A DNA stretch of 64,000 nucleotides from NCBI RefSeq assembly GCF_964204645.1, contig NC_134036.1, forward strand, positions 6,863,304 to 6,927,303, read 5' to 3'. Positions within the stretch are counted from its first letter, which is position 1. Each line of letters begins with the position of its first letter. This document shows, piece by piece, positions 62,801-64,000 of the stretch. Origin of the DNA: Tubulanus polymorphus. Lineage: Eukaryota; Animalia; Nemertea. Under the pieces are notes generated by a model that had not been told where the DNA came from, did not search any database, and saw nothing but the letters and a program-made list of their open reading frames with translations. The translations under genes and the position numbers were made by a program.

Positions 62801-64000
62801 GACCGGGCCTTGTTCAGCGTTACGACCCGGCACCGGTCAGGGAGGGAGGGAGGGTGGCAGTAGGTCGGTCGTCCGTCCATTCGTCAGAGTGCCGGCGGTG
62901 GTTGTTCGAAAAACGACTAAGTGATGACCGGGCCTTGATCAGCGTTACGACCCGGTGCAGTGAGGGAGGGAGGGAGGGAGGGAGGCAGTAGGCCGGTCGT
63001 CCGTCCGTTTGTCAGTGTGCCGGCAGTGATGGTTGTTCAGAAAACGACTAAGGGCTTACTGGGCCTTGATCAGCGTTACGACCCGGAGCAGTGAGGGAGG
63101 GAGGGAGGCAGTAGGTAGGTCGTCCGTCCGTTTGTCAGTGTGCCGGCAGTAATGGTTGTTCGAAAAACGACTAAGTGCTCACCGGGCCTTGATCAGCGTT
63201 ACGACCTGGAGCAGTGAAGGAGGAAGGGGGACAGTAGGTCGGTCGTCCGTCCGTTCGTCAGTATGCCGGCGGTGGTTGTTCAAAAAACGACCAAGTGCTG
63301 ACAAGGCCTTGATCAGCGTTACGACCCGGCACTGGTCAGGGAGGGAGGGAGGGAGGCAGTAGGTCGGTCATCCGTCCGTTCGTCAGAGTGCCGGCGGTAG
63401 CTGTTCGAAAAACGACTAAGTGCTGACCGGGCCTTGATCAGCGTTACGACCCGGCGCAGTGAGGGAGGGAGGGAGGGAGGCAGTAGGTCGGTCGTCCATC
63501 CGTTTGTCAGTGTGCCGGCGGTGGTTGTTCGAAAAACGACTAAGTTCTGACCGGGCCTTGATCAGCGTTACGACCCGATGCAGTGAGGGAGGGAGGGAGG
63601 CACTAGGACAGTCGTCCGCCCGTTAGTCAGTGTGTCGGCGGTTGTTGTTCGAAAAACGACTAAGCTGACCGGGCCATGAACAGCGTTACGACCCGGCACC
63701 GGTCAGGAAGGGAGGGAGGGTGGCAGTAGGTCGGTCGTCCGTCCGTTCGTCAGTGTGCCGGCGGTGGTTGTTCGAAAAACGACTAAGTGCTGACCGGGCC
63801 TTAATCAGCGTTACGACCCGGCACCGGTCAGGGAGGGAGGGAGGGAGGGAGGCAGTAGGTCGGTCGTCCGTCCGTTCGTCAGTGTGCCGGCGGTGGTTGT
63901 TCGAAAAACGACTAAGTGCTGACCGGGCCTTGATCAGCGTTACGACCCGGAGCAGTGAGGGAGGGAGGGAGGCAGTAGGTCGGTCGTCCGTCCGTTCGCC
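59886..64000 (+). repeat. Near-identical copy of array block ~11780-15892 (offset 48106-48109 bp)
   Basis: Rare variants occur in the same order in both copies: CAGTATATCGGTCATTCG at 11861/59967, 12580/60686 and 14159/62268; GACTAGGTG at ~11885/59991; and the TAAGCTGACC 2-bp deletion at ~15553/63661. ORF pairs also match: 12154/60260, 13504/61611, 15048/63156. Confidence 0.93.

Larger units (their letters stand above)
4976..64000 (+). repeat. GC/CpG-rich satellite DNA array, ~120-bp monomer (mostly 120-125 bp), ~480-490 head-to-tail copies, continuing past the window end
   Basis: CAGTAGGTCGGTCG recurs at 4976, 5096, 5216 and onward. The core TTCGAAAAACGACTAAGTGCTGACCGGGCCTTGATCAGCGTTACGACCCGG is present in nearly every unit to the end. 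No inversion or foreign insertion was seen. The copy number is estimated from length divided by ~121-122 bp. Confidence 0.98.

Noticed and set aside
5337-63362. The many ORFs in the array with 40-aa repeats (e.g. 5572-6279 minus strand, 17604-18251 plus strand, 17528-18199 minus strand)
   Set aside because: The 120-bp consensus is stop-free in one frame on each strand. ORFs begin and end wherever GAGG copy number or the 121/125-bp variants shift the frame. Frame is not preserved and there is no domain-like content.
4976-64000. CRISPR array (conserved partly palindromic core alternating with more variable segments)
   Set aside because: The intervening segments are homologous variants of one sequence, not unique spacers, and there are no cas genes or leader.

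Overview
The window has two sharply separated parts and contains no supportable gene. Bases 1-4975 are AT-rich non-coding sequence that looks eukaryotic (inference). They hold degenerate transposon-like fragments, a 14-15 bp minisatellite and a small array of ~73-bp repeats built around a GGGAGGAATATTCCTCCC palindrome. Bases 4976-64000 (running off the right edge) are one uninterrupted head-to-tail satellite array of roughly 480-490 copies of a ~120-bp monomer. The consensus monomer is 62% GC with 13 CpG: CAGTAGGTCGGTCGTCCGTCCGTTCGTCAGTGTGCCGGCGGTGGTTGTTCGAAAAACGACTAAGTGCTGACCGGGCCTTGATCAGCGTTACGACCCGGAGCAGTGAGGGAGGGAGGGAGG. Each monomer combines a GTCN tetranucleotide run, a conserved ~50-bp core with fold-back potential, and a variable (GAGG)n tract. 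Rare variant monomers show nested duplications with offsets of about 0.5, 0.7, 0.8, 1.2, 2.3, 2.8, 3.1, 7.5 and 17.2 kb, plus a near-identical recurrence at 48.1 kb that may mark the start of a giant tandem super-repeat. The ORFs inside the array are by-products of the 120-bp (40-codon) period. I cannot identify the organism or match the satellite to a named family from sequence alone.
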